Made by a program: the position numbers and the translations under genes. A DNA stretch of 64,000 nucleotides from Candidatus Sumerlaeaceae bacterium (GTDB lineage: Bacteria; Sumerlaeota; Sumerlaeia; Sumerlaeales; Sumerlaeaceae): NCBI GenBank assembly GCA_049968255.1, contig JBMFRB010000005.1, positions 165,822 through 229,821 on the forward strand. Reading direction: 5' to 3'. Positions 28,214 through 37,630 of this stretch are shown here, in pieces. The notes under the pieces were generated by a model. That model was not told where the DNA came from. It was given only the letters and a program-made list of their open reading frames with translations, and made no database searches. Position 1 is the first letter of the stretch, and every line of letters begins with the position of its first letter.

Positions 28214-29905
28214 TTATTTCCTGCGCGGAGGTGGGGGTGCCTTTGTTGTACTCAAAAGTTTGCGCAGTTGGGCCACAGTGCGCTCGGTCCCTTTCTCACG
28301 GGCAAGCAGATCAAGGTAGCGCTGGGCAAGCGCGTCGTTGCCGGTTTTCTTTGCTGCAGCCACAGCACACGCGAGCAGGTCAGCGCGCGCTGCTGGATCG
28401 AGCGAGACGGAATTCTTCAGCGCACCTTCTGCCAGCGCCAGTGTTTGCGTTGCTTCGTCAGTAGAAATTTTCAGCGCAAGATAAGCTGGTTTACGGGCTC
28501 GCACTTTTTCGATGCTGGCACGGGCGCGCGCCTTGTCGAGGCGATCGCTCGCGGCCATGACAACGGCAACTTCTCCCGTTGTCAGCCGGTCGTCGAACAT
28601 GAGTTCATAAACCAAACCTTCAGCTTCGTCGAGATTGCCAGCATCGATGAGTTTCTCGAGTTTCTTTAGCTGATCGAGCCGCTCGTTATCCGCAAGAACG
28701 CGCTCGGCTAGCTCAACCGGTCCTTTGACATCGACGATGTCCTTAAACTCGTTAGCTCGGCCGCGGATCTGATTCAGCAGCTCACGTGCCGCGGCGAAAT
28801 CTCGCCGATCCAGCAAGGACTGGAAATAATCGAACATCCAGCTGAGGATTTCGTCCACGAGTTGTGCGCGAAGCTTTTTCATCGCGTCGGTGCCAGGGTA
28901 AGTAGCGGCGATTTTTTGCATTGCTTCGATGGCAGCCGTCGTGTCGCGATCTTTTCGGAACTTGTTTCGCACGGCTTCCATTTGCTGTGTCACTTCATAC
29001 TCGCGTGCGTCTTCGAGAAATTTTCGCAGCTCTTCTTTCTCTGGAATATCGGGATAGAGTTTGAGGAACTCGCCTACTTTTTCAGTAAGCTCAGGATAGG
29101 AGACCTCGCCCGTGAGAAATTGGTTGTAGAGCGAGAGGATGCGCTCGCGATAGTAGTGGTTGATGTCCTGCTTTAGCATGGCCAGCGAAGCGCTCGTTTC
29201 TGGGTCAGGCCCTGCCACTTCGATTTCGCCGATGAGGGCAAGTGCCCTTGGATAGTCCTCGCGATGCTTTAGCTCCTGCGCCATTTGAAGCTTTTGTTTG
29301 AAGTTCAACTGAACCGCGTCGCGAAGAGCCCGTGCCGCAAAGCCAGTGGCGGAGTCAGGCCCGCTGCGCTTGAGCACTTCGTTGAGCTTGTTCAAAGCTT
29401 CCCCATAGCGCCCTTGCTGATAAGCGACCTCGGCACGCTTGATAAGTTCGCCGGCAGCGTCGGGGCGCATCGTCCACACGAGAGCAACAAGGAGCACAGC
29501 CACCATGCCCACTAGGCCCATCGTCACGAGGCGCAGAGAACGAAGGAGAGGCAACGATTCTTGGACCTGACCGAGCCGACAGAGGTAGCGATGTGCCTTG
29601 CTCAGTTCCGGCTGCAGGCTAAGGGCCATTTCCCAGGCTTCGCGTGCTCGTTCAAATTCGCCTTTTTTGGCGTAAATCGTGCCGAGCACCACATGCGCCG
29701 GCACGAAGGAACGATCCAGATCGATGGCGTTGTGAAGTTCGTCAATAGCCTCGTCGTAACGGCCTCGTTCGGCGTGTTCGAGCGCCGCATTATAATGGTA
29801 GCGCGCCTTATTCACGATGAGGCGCAGCATCGAGAGGTCGTGATCACAGTGATAACACCTCTCGCGATCGTCGCGATTCTCCGTTTGGCAGTATGGGCAT
29901 TGCAT
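28214..29905 (-). CDS. Zinc-ribbon + TPR membrane protein with large helical domain after the TM
   Basis: CPYC..CYHC, TPR motifs (AHVVLGTIYAKKGEFERAREAWEMAL), one TM, then a helical region. ATG 29905 preferred. Confidence 0.8.
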   Translation of the reverse strand: MQCPYCQTENRDDRERCYHCDHDLSMLRLIVNKARYHYNAALEHAERGRYDEAIDELHNAIDLDRSFVPAHVVLGTIYAKKGEFERAREAWEMALSLQPELSKAHRYLCRLGQVQESLPLLRSLRLVTMGLVGMVAVLLVALVWTMRPDAAGELIKRAEVAYQQGRYGEALNKLNEVLKRSGPDSATGFAARALRDAVQLNFKQKLQMAQELKHREDYPRALALIGEIEVAGPDPETSASLAMLKQDINHYYRERILSLYNQFLTGEVSYPELTEKVGEFLKLYPDIPEKEELRKFLEDAREYEVTQQMEAVRNKFRKDRDTTAAIEAMQKIAATYPGTDAMKKLRAQLVDEILSWMFDYFQSLLDRRDFAAARELLNQIRGRANEFKDIVDVKGPVELAERVLADNERLDQLKKLEKLIDAGNLDEAEGLVYELMFDDRLTTGEVAVVMAASDRLDKARARASIEKVRARKPAYLALKISTDEATQTLALAEGALKNSVSLDPAARADLLACAVAAAKKTGNDALAQRYLDLLAREKGTERTVAQLRKLLSTTKAPPPPRRK

Positions 29906-30121
29906 AGGGTTAGTGAATCTTTCGAAGCTTGCCAACGCCGGAGCAAGCAAAAGGTTGCTTCAAGTGAAAAATCTCGAACTTCCGTAACATCCCTCTTACG
30001 CACAAGAAAACCGTTTTCTCCATGATGGAAAAAGGGGCATTTGCGGTGAATTTCATTAGTAGCAAGGTTTTAGATTTGTGCAGGCGCACGCCGCACCCAG
30101 CATAAGGGAGGCTTTGGCCTT

Positions 30122-30511
30122 ATGTGCGAAAGATATCGTGAAGCGCTGATGGGGTTGCTAGATAACGAGCTCCCCAAAGCAGAACGCAAAGATGTCGAGC
30201 TTCACCTTCAAGAGTGTCCCGACTGTCAAGCCGAGTACCGAGAGTTCCAGCGTTTAGCAAGCCTCCTCTCCACTGTGAAATTCCCCGAGCCAAGCCAAGA
30301 AGTGTGGGATCATTATTACGAAGGCGTCTGTCGACGTATGCGTGGGGTGGGTCCGTGGTACCTTTGGGGAGCCATTTCCATCGCCTTGCTGCTGCTGGCG
30401 CAAGTGCTGTTTTTCCTTGTGACACCCTCAGTGTTTTCGACGGCTGCCGGAGTACTTGCTTTAGTGGTGGGAGCGGCCTTGCTCTGGACCACATTTGCGT
30501 GCAATTGCTAA
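30122..30511 (+). CDS. zf-HC2 (ZAS) anti-sigma-factor-like protein with two TM helices
   Basis: MC..L..LLDNEL..HLQECPDC (HxxxCxxC); strong RBS GGAGG. Confidence 0.85.
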   Translation: MCERYREALMGLLDNELPKAERKDVELHLQECPDCQAEYREFQRLASLLSTVKFPEPSQEVWDHYYEGVCRRMRGVGPWYLWGAISIALLLLAQVLFFLVTPSVFSTAAGVLALVVGAALLWTTFACNC

Positions 30512-30644
30512 GCAGAGAAAGCGGCCGCGTTGCTGCTGCGAGTTTTTGGGGCCGGGTAGCGTAGCGACTTCCGCCATGCCGCTTACTCTTTTAGGCCGCA
30601 AGGCTGCTGTGCTGCCATCACGGTGAGCTAACACGGCAGGGCAA

Positions 30645-33497
30645 TCAGAACTTATCCCAACTCTCGACACGTGTCGGCAGTGGAGCGACGTACACGAATT
30701 TGACCGCATCGACGCAAAAGCGATTCTGTGGATTGGCCCCCGTGCCGTCGCCATCAAGATTTGTCAGAGTGATTCCGCCGACCGTTCCTGCACTTCCCGC
30801 TCTAAAGGGCACGTGGGATGCAAGCTTGAGCCATTTATTGCGCAAGCCAGGCGTGTAGGGATGAAGATAGACGGTGCCGGTCACGTCAGGCCCATCGTTT
30901 TGAACCACAAAACTTGCGTGTGCGTCATTATTCGGGCCCGTGTAGCGATCATCGAGCGTCACATACACATCGTAATAGCCGTCCAGCGGAATCGGGGGGT
31001 TGAACGATGCTTTTGCCCCGACTTGTGTCGAAAAGCGGGCTCCGCTTCCAACGGTTCCTGGTGCGGATGATTTGCTTGTCGTGTTCGAGAAAGTTCCTGT
31101 CTCCTGATAAACAGGGGCTGATGTTTTAGCTCCGGAACTCGTCCGACTCTCGACGATCATCTCAGGGAGAAGCGGATCCGGGATCACGTCGGCGAGAAGC
31201 GTGGTCGAAAGCGAGTTTGCGTTGGCATCAGTCACAGTGACCGTAGCGTTATAAATACCGGACGTCGTCGGCGTTCCAGAAACTAGGCCGGAAGAGGAGA
31301 GGGTGAGGCCGGGGGGCAAGCCACTGCCACTCCACGTATAGGGAGATGCTCCGTAACCTGCCTGAAGCCGATATTGAAAAGGTTGTCCTACGGCGAGTCG
31401 CCCCAGGCTGCATGTGTTGATGCTCAGAGCCATCGTCTTGAGCACCCAATTATCCGGATCGAGATCCACTTCTAATGGGACCGATGTCCCCAAATTCACC
31501 GAGTCGGTGGCGTTGAGCGCGGAATTCCAAACTCGCACGAGTGTGGTCGTGTTGTCCTGGCAAACGATTTCATAATCGAGCGGCATGGCGTAGGGTGTGC
31601 CGCTGATGGCTTGGGTCGTGAAAAAAGTAGCATGCCAATCCATTCCGCTGCGCGCGGTGGTGGTACGGAAACGGTAAGTCGGTTGCGCAGGGGGATTCAC
31701 AGTGTCCGAGCGCCACAGCCATTGCGCAAAAAAGGCCGAAAGATCCATGCCCGCGACGCTCTCCGCGACGCTCTCGAAATCATCGGAGATAGCATTGGCG
31801 TAACTGACCGCTGGATGCTGGGCCCACATGCGCATAGTCTCCCAAAACTTCCCGTCGCCAACAACGTGGCGCAGCATGTGAAGCACCCAGGCGCCCTTAC
31901 GATAAACGGCCGCTAGGGAAAAGTTGTCAGAGTCGGGACCCGCAACAGTCTGCGAGGTCGAGACAGTCCAACCGTTGACACGCGCCCAAAACGCATAGGG
32001 GCCAAATTTGTACTCGTCCCACAGAGCTTCGCAATAAGTGGCAAAACCCTCATTGAGCCAAAGGTGCTCGAAAGTCAGAGGTGTGATCTTGTCACCAAAC
32101 CACTGGTGTGCGAGTTCATGGACGTTGCGCCGCTGCATGCCATCCTGAACATCTCCCCCCGGCATACTCGTGCACGTCTGATGCTCCATGCCGGAGCCCG
32201 AATTGTGTGAAGCGGTGAAGTATTTCTCGTCGAGAAAAGGATATTCCCCAAAGCGATCGGCAAAGAAATTCATAACCTGCAGCGTTCCCGCCGCGCCGTT
32301 GCCTTCGATGGAAAAGTTTTCTGGATAGATGGCATGAGCAATACTCATCGTGGTCGAGGCATCACGGCTTGTGTAGACGCTTGTGCTATATACGTAGTTT
32401 GATACACAGAAAGAAACAAGATAGGTAGAAATTGGATAGTGATTTACCCACACCCATGTCTCCGTGGCACCGTGATCCACAATTTGTTCAAGTCTGCCGT
32501 TGGACACAACCTGCCAGCCTTGGCCTTTGGGCACAACAATTCGCTGAACGGACGACGTAGCCTTGTCGTCTGGCAAGTCTTTGCATGGCCACCATTGGCG
32601 AGCGCCGTACGGTTCGCTGAACGTGTAAACAACAGCGACAGCTGGCGTGCCGTGAGTCGAACGCACATAGGGGGGACCAAAAGGGCCAGTGGGACGGGGC
32701 GTCCCTGCGTAATTTATCCGCACCTTAAATTCCTCGCCCAATCCAACGGGGGAGGGCAGCGTGATGCGCAACTTGTTGTTCGTCGTGTCGATCGTGTAAG
32801 CCAAAGACGGGGTCCCTGGCCCCTGATCCACGGTCGCGATCGCTAGCGCCCCACCATTTGAATCAAAATCCAGAACGCACTGAGTCAGATTCGCCTGCAG
32901 ACTCCGCGCTGTGACAGTGACAGAAGCCGAAGTGAGTGACGAGGCTGTCATGCTTGGAACCCAGGCGCAATCGTAGTGGAGAACATCTATTTTCGATTGG
33001 AGAGGATCGGCGGGCGGTGGCGCTTTTGGGACATTTTCGGCAAAAGCTTGCGCAAAATGAATCTCTTCAAAGGAACCGTCGAGCGAGAACAGCATTGTGC
33101 CATCCCACGTGGCGCCCTTAGGAACAACTGACTTGGGCTCGATTTCGAGGACGTTCTCTCCCTCTCGCCAATAAAACTCAGGGATCCGATAAAGATCGCC
33201 ATCAGGTCGGTGAAGTGGTTCAACATCCAACGGCCGTCCGTTAATTCTGACGAGGGCGGCCACGTGGGAAGGGACGCGCAGGCCATAGCATTGTTCTTTT
33301 TCTTCTCGATTCATAGGGACAGAAAAGGTGGCGGACCGCGCGACACCGCTAGAAGGAAGCGTCACTTTTGCGCTAGCTGTTGTTAGCGCATCTCCGACCA
33401 CCAAAAGGACCTTGCGTCCTGCTACATCCAGCGGTGCTGACATCGCAACCGCAGCCGTGAAACAAAGCCCTGCTATCAATGCTCCTGTTTTAGGCAT
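30645..33497 (-). CDS. Secreted M1-family zinc aminopeptidase with Ig-like (He_PIG) and golvesin-like C-terminal domains
   Basis: GMEH (GAMEN-like), HELAHQWFG..WLNEGFA, YRKGA; GLPPGLTLSSSG.VSGTPT; YDVYV..VDAVKFV. Confidence 0.88.
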   Translation of the reverse strand: MPKTGALIAGLCFTAAVAMSAPLDVAGRKVLLVVGDALTTASAKVTLPSSGVARSATFSVPMNREEKEQCYGLRVPSHVAALVRINGRPLDVEPLHRPDGDLYRIPEFYWREGENVLEIEPKSVVPKGATWDGTMLFSLDGSFEEIHFAQAFAENVPKAPPPADPLQSKIDVLHYDCAWVPSMTASSLTSASVTVTARSLQANLTQCVLDFDSNGGALAIATVDQGPGTPSLAYTIDTTNNKLRITLPSPVGLGEEFKVRINYAGTPRPTGPFGPPYVRSTHGTPAVAVVYTFSEPYGARQWWPCKDLPDDKATSSVQRIVVPKGQGWQVVSNGRLEQIVDHGATETWVWVNHYPISTYLVSFCVSNYVYSTSVYTSRDASTTMSIAHAIYPENFSIEGNGAAGTLQVMNFFADRFGEYPFLDEKYFTASHNSGSGMEHQTCTSMPGGDVQDGMQRRNVHELAHQWFGDKITPLTFEHLWLNEGFATYCEALWDEYKFGPYAFWARVNGWTVSTSQTVAGPDSDNFSLAAVYRKGAWVLHMLRHVVGDGKFWETMRMWAQHPAVSYANAISDDFESVAESVAGMDLSAFFAQWLWRSDTVNPPAQPTYRFRTTTARSGMDWHATFFTTQAISGTPYAMPLDYEIVCQDNTTTLVRVWNSALNATDSVNLGTSVPLEVDLDPDNWVLKTMALSINTCSLGRLAVGQPFQYRLQAGYGASPYTWSGSGLPPGLTLSSSGLVSGTPTTSGIYNATVTVTDANANSLSTTLLADVIPDPLLPEMIVESRTSSGAKTSAPVYQETGTFSNTTSKSSAPGTVGSGARFSTQVGAKASFNPPIPLDGYYDVYVTLDDRYTGPNNDAHASFVVQNDGPDVTGTVYLHPYTPGLRNKWLKLASHVPFRAGSAGTVGGITLTNLDGDGTGANPQNRFCVDAVKFVYVAPLPTRVESWDKF

Positions 33498-33773
33498 GCG
33501 CGCACCTAACCCTTAAGGGTGGGGAAAATCCATATACTAGTCTTATGAAAAGGTATCTATGGATCCGCGGCTTCGCAAGCGGAATCAAAAAAAGCTCTAC
33601 GAAAGCAATACGGTGCATGCAGGCCGAGACTGTCGCCTCTGCGTTTCGCGAGTAGGAGAGGCGCTGATGCGTGTGACGACCGATTTCACAGAAGACGCTC
33701 TAGTGTGATTCGGTATGAAAAGAATGATGCTTTTGGTTCGGCTGCGACTACACAAGTTGGGGGCGAAAGAACG

Positions 33774-34658
33774 ATGAACAGCATCAAGACGTATTTCCTC
33801 CTGCTTCTTCTTACCGGCCTGTTGACAGCGCTCGGTTGGGCCGTGGATCAGTTCACTGGCGGGGCCGGCATCTTTATGTGGAGCTTCTTCGCAGTTGGCA
33901 TCATCGCTAACTGGGTGGTCTACTTCTTTTCGGATAAAATCGTCCTTGCCATGTACGGCGCAAAACCGCTGTCGGAGGCTGAAGCGCCAGAGCTTCACGA
34001 AATGGTGGCTCGGCTAGCTCAGCGGGCCGGGATTCCCAAGCCGCCGATTTATTTGATTCCCGTAGACGTGCCAAACGCGTTTGCCACCGGCCGCAGCCCG
34101 AGTCATTCAGCGGTCGCGGTGACCCAAGGACTGCTTCGCCATCTGAACTGGGAACAAATCGAAGGGGTGTTGGCCCACGAACTCGCTCACATCAAACACC
34201 GCGATACGCTACTTGCGACGGTGGCAGCTACGATCACAGCCCTTATCAGCGCCGCCGGTTATGGCCTGCGCTTTGGGGCGATGTTTGGTGGGGGACGCCG
34301 TGACGATGGAGAATCGTCGCATCCCGGGGCACTCATCATGGCCATTGTGCTCTCGCTCATCGCGCCACTCATCGCCATGCTTGTCCAGCTTGCTATTTCG
34401 CGCACGCGGGAATACGCGGCCGACGAGTATGCAGCACAGCTGACGCGTAACCCAGAAGGACTCGCCAGCGCATTGCTGACGCTGGAAGCGGTGGCCATGC
34501 GCCAGCCTATGCCGCAGCTTGCCGCGACAGAAAACATGTGGATCGTAAGCCCACTGCGCGGCGAGGACGTTGCTGCTCTCTTCTCAACCCACCCGCCAAC
34601 GGCTAAACGGGTGGAACGGCTGCGTCAGCTGGCTCGACAGGGGATTCGGCCGCTGTAA
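33774..34658 (+). CDS. htpX: Membrane zinc metalloprotease HtpX (M48)
   Basis: PNAFATGR, HELAH, SRTREYAAD and FSTHPP..RV.RL. Confidence 0.95.
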   Translation: MNSIKTYFLLLLLTGLLTALGWAVDQFTGGAGIFMWSFFAVGIIANWVVYFFSDKIVLAMYGAKPLSEAEAPELHEMVARLAQRAGIPKPPIYLIPVDVPNAFATGRSPSHSAVAVTQGLLRHLNWEQIEGVLAHELAHIKHRDTLLATVAATITALISAAGYGLRFGAMFGGGRRDDGESSHPGALIMAIVLSLIAPLIAMLVQLAISRTREYAADEYAAQLTRNPEGLASALLTLEAVAMRQPMPQLAATENMWIVSPLRGEDVAALFSTHPPTAKRVERLRQLARQGIRPL

Positions 34659-34868
34659 TCCCTCGCGAACTCGTAAAGAGACTAGCAATACTTCCCGCGC
34701 AGGAAGACAAGCACTGCGGGGAAATCTCTTTTGAACAAACTTAGCAAAAAAAGAGAACGCTCGTAAGTAAGTGTGCCTGTGATCACGGAGACCGCACTTA
34801 AGACGGCAAGCGCGACGACAAAAAGGAAATTGCAGCAACGCTCACCGTTATCATCGCGGGCACAATTC

Positions 34869-35705
34869 TCACGCGGGGTGAGACAACTTCCAGTACCAGA
34901 CGCCCACCACAATCGCGGACAAGACCCACCGATAGTAAGCAAACAGATCGTAGCGCCGGTTCTCCACATAGCGCAGCAGGAACCGTATCGCAATCAATCC
35001 GACAACCGCTGCGCTGACCACACCGGCGAAGAGTGGCAGGCCAAGATCCGACGCTTGAAGGTCTTTCACTTTCAGAAGGACCGCGCCGAAAATAATAGGT
35101 GTGGCTAATAGAAAAGAGAACCGTGCCGCCGCAGGACGACGAAGTCCCAGCAATAGTCCTACCAAAATCGTAATGCCACTGCGCGAGACACCTGGAATGA
35201 CAGCCAACGCTTGGGCTGAGCCAATCATGAGTGCGTCGAGGTAAGTGATTTGCTCTTCCCCACGTGCCTGCTTTCCTACTCGTTCAGCAATGAGGAGCAA
35301 AAGGCCAAACAGCGAAAGTGTGAGCGCCAGCATCCACATGTTGTCGGTGTGGGTATAGAAGAAATTTTCAATGGGATCCTCGAGAAGCTTCCCCACCAGA
35401 GCGCCGGGAATTGTCCCGAGCACAATTTTTGGCAGGAGCGATCCACGGCTGCTGCCGAGCCAACGCCTCTGGCGCAAATCGCCGACGTAGCTGCCCACGA
35501 TAAAAAGCCAGTCGAAGCAGAAATAAAGTAGCACAGCGAGGAGAGTTCCAAAGTGGAGCGCCACATCAAAGGCTAATTGATTGTGCATCGGCTCCCAACC
35601 CAAAAGCCAGGGGGTGATGATAAGGTGAGCAGAACTGCTAATCGGAAGAAACTCTGTAGCTCCCTGCAAGGCGCCGAGCACAATTGCCTGGGTCGTTGTA
35701 AGCAC
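34869..35705 (-). CDS. uppP: Undecaprenyl-diphosphate phosphatase (BacA)
   Basis: QG.TEFLPISSSAH, HFGT, PGVSRSG.T and FSFLL; GGAGG RBS. Confidence 0.95.
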   Translation of the reverse strand: MLTTTQAIVLGALQGATEFLPISSSAHLIITPWLLGWEPMHNQLAFDVALHFGTLLAVLLYFCFDWLFIVGSYVGDLRQRRWLGSSRGSLLPKIVLGTIPGALVGKLLEDPIENFFYTHTDNMWMLALTLSLFGLLLLIAERVGKQARGEEQITYLDALMIGSAQALAVIPGVSRSGITILVGLLLGLRRPAAARFSFLLATPIIFGAVLLKVKDLQASDLGLPLFAGVVSAAVVGLIAIRFLLRYVENRRYDLFAYYRWVLSAIVVGVWYWKLSHPA

Positions 35706-36224
35706 AAAACGCTACCTCCACAACGTCTGCGGTCATGTGGTTCTTCGCGTGTTACATGAGAAAAAGAAATTTGTTTGCGAATGAGACAGAGGGTTGAAAA
35801 CCGCATGGCCAGCAGAGGTGCATCCAAACCGGCGCAACGAGGAGAGCGACTCACGTCAAGCTAAATGGAGAACGAGAAAAGGGGCTCGACGGACGTGAGC
35901 AAAAAATCTGCAGGCAACCAGTATTGTGCTCAGTGAGGAGAGTCGGGACACCGATTTTTCACAAAGCGGGAAAAGCCACTTGCCACGGCTCTGCACCACA
36001 CGCACCAGTTGCCAACAAACTTCTGGTTCCCTCTTCGCCCCATAGGAAATAGCCACAGTTGAGTCGGGGGAAAACGCTAGCCCCATGTGTTGCGGTGTCG
36101 CAGGCACAATGCCCATAAAAGTCAGGCGCGGTGGACTCGCGCCTTCCGAACGGCTTTTGTTTTGTGGACAAGCGGGACAACCTTTTACGACTTCGCGGAG
36201 AATAGGCTCTGGCGCCGGTGCAAC

Positions 36225-37280
36225 TTACATCCACGGGTTGCGGCCGTGACAGCGACGTCCTGTTCGCTCGATGTAGTTCTGATGATAATCTTCAGCGGGA
36301 TAGAAGGTCTTGGCCTTCTCCAACTGGGTCACAATTGGGCGTCCGTTGTACTTCGGGTCGATACGCTTTTCGGCAAGAAACAGCTCAGCCTCGCGCCGCT
36401 GTTCGTCGTCAACATACCAGATCCCCGAGCGATACTGTTCGCCGATGTCGGGCCCCTGGCCGCCCACCTGCGTGGGGTCGTGTATCTCGAAGAAAGCTTC
36501 GAGCAGCCGCCGGTATGAGATGCGCCGCGGATCGTACACCACTTTGACTGTCTCGGCATGACCAGTCGTGCCGGTGCACACCTGCTCATACGTGGGATTT
36601 GGAACATGGCCTTGCATGTAGCCGCTGACTGCATCAAGCACCCCAGGCCCCAGCTGGAACCAGTGCTCAATGCCCCAAAAGCACCCCCCTGCAAAATATG
36701 CAACTTTTGGTTCCACGGGGCGGCTTTCCGGTGGAAGTTCACCTCTAGCCGGCAGAAAACGCAGGGCTGCAGAGTTCAAGCAATAGCGTGACCCTGTGGG
36801 GCGCGGACCATCGTCAAAGACGTGTCCTAAATGGGCCCCGCAGCGTGCGCATCGGATTTCTGTTCGAATCATGCCGTGAGAGTTATCGGGGACCTTCGAC
36901 ACATGGTCCGGATCGAAGACATCAAAGAAACTTGGCCAACCCGTGCCGGATTCAAATTTGTGTTCGCTGCGGAAAAGCGGAAGACCACAGACCACACAGG
37001 CATAAATGCCATCCCCCTTTTCTTTGAGCAGTCCGCCGCAAAAGGGGGGTTCTGTGCCCGCTCGCTGAGTCACGCGGTAAGCCTCGGGCGTGAGCTTAGA
37101 AGCCAGACGCTCAACTTCTTCTTTTGGCAGCGGAGTGATGTCGTAGAAAGATTTCGAGTAACGAGGTCTCATCGTGTTTGTCTCCGTGGTAGAGGTCCCA
37201 GCCAAGAGTGGGGTGGGCAAAAGTAGAGCATAACCCAAAAGCCACCCACTTAGCACTGAGGCCAGCATCAAGAAAGCCAT
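36225..37280 (-). CDS. msrAB: Exported bifunctional methionine sulfoxide reductase, MsrB-MsrA order
   Basis: MsrB (GTE, KFESGTGWPSF, HLGHVF.DGP, RYCLNS) followed by MsrA (GGCFWG, GHAE, AEDYHQ); hydrophobic N-terminus. Start approximate. Confidence 0.92.
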   Translation of the reverse strand: MAFLMLASVLSGWLLGYALLLPTPLLAGTSTTETNTMRPRYSKSFYDITPLPKEEVERLASKLTPEAYRVTQRAGTEPPFCGGLLKEKGDGIYACVVCGLPLFRSEHKFESGTGWPSFFDVFDPDHVSKVPDNSHGMIRTEIRCARCGAHLGHVFDDGPRPTGSRYCLNSAALRFLPARGELPPESRPVEPKVAYFAGGCFWGIEHWFQLGPGVLDAVSGYMQGHVPNPTYEQVCTGTTGHAETVKVVYDPRRISYRRLLEAFFEIHDPTQVGGQGPDIGEQYRSGIWYVDDEQRREAELFLAEKRIDPKYNGRPIVTQLEKAKTFYPAEDYHQNYIERTGRRCHGRNPWM

Positions 37281-37406
37281 TGCGCAGCGATTTTTCACTG
37301 CTCTAAAAATAGGACTCAAAGAGTACTATTATTCGAAACGTCTCGTGTGAGAAGAGCGGCAAGGTGTTGCGCAAGCTCTTCGGATTGCAGGAGGGCAAAA
37401 AGAATT

Positions 37407-37493
37407 TGGTGCCGGAGACAGGATTTGAACCTGCACACGGTTGCCCGTACTAGACCCTGAATCTAGCGCGTCTGCCAATTCCGCCACTCCGGC
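37407..37493 (-). tRNA. tRNA-Leu (anticodon CAG)
   Basis: GCCGGAGTGGCGGAATTGGCAGACGCGCTAGATTCAGGGTCTAGT...GGTTCAAATCC...CTCCGGCACCA: 87 nt, long variable arm, encoded CCA. Confidence 0.97.
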
Positions 37494-37630
37494 ACGCCAT
37501 GCCACAATTTCTGTGGCGCAGTAAAAATACTCTCGCGAGCAATTTTTCATTCGCGAATAGCGAGTGCCCCTTCTGGGTGAGCAGTCTTTAGGAGTTCACC
37601 TGCGCCTCGTTCCCGAGAGAACCGAAGCAT

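Noticed and set aside
34682-34993. Hydrophobic 103-aa ORF between htpX and uppP
   Set aside because: Overlaps uppP out of frame, has no RBS or credible start, and no family signal.
35706-36224. 520-bp intergenic region as a riboswitch or ncRNA
   Set aside because: Only short scattered stems, no motif I recognise, and the ORFs there look spurious. An Rfam scan would be needed.
37407-37630. tRNA-Leu as an integration site for a genomic island
   Set aside because: No integrase or transposase, no duplicated tRNA 3' end seen in the window, and the flanks look like host genes.
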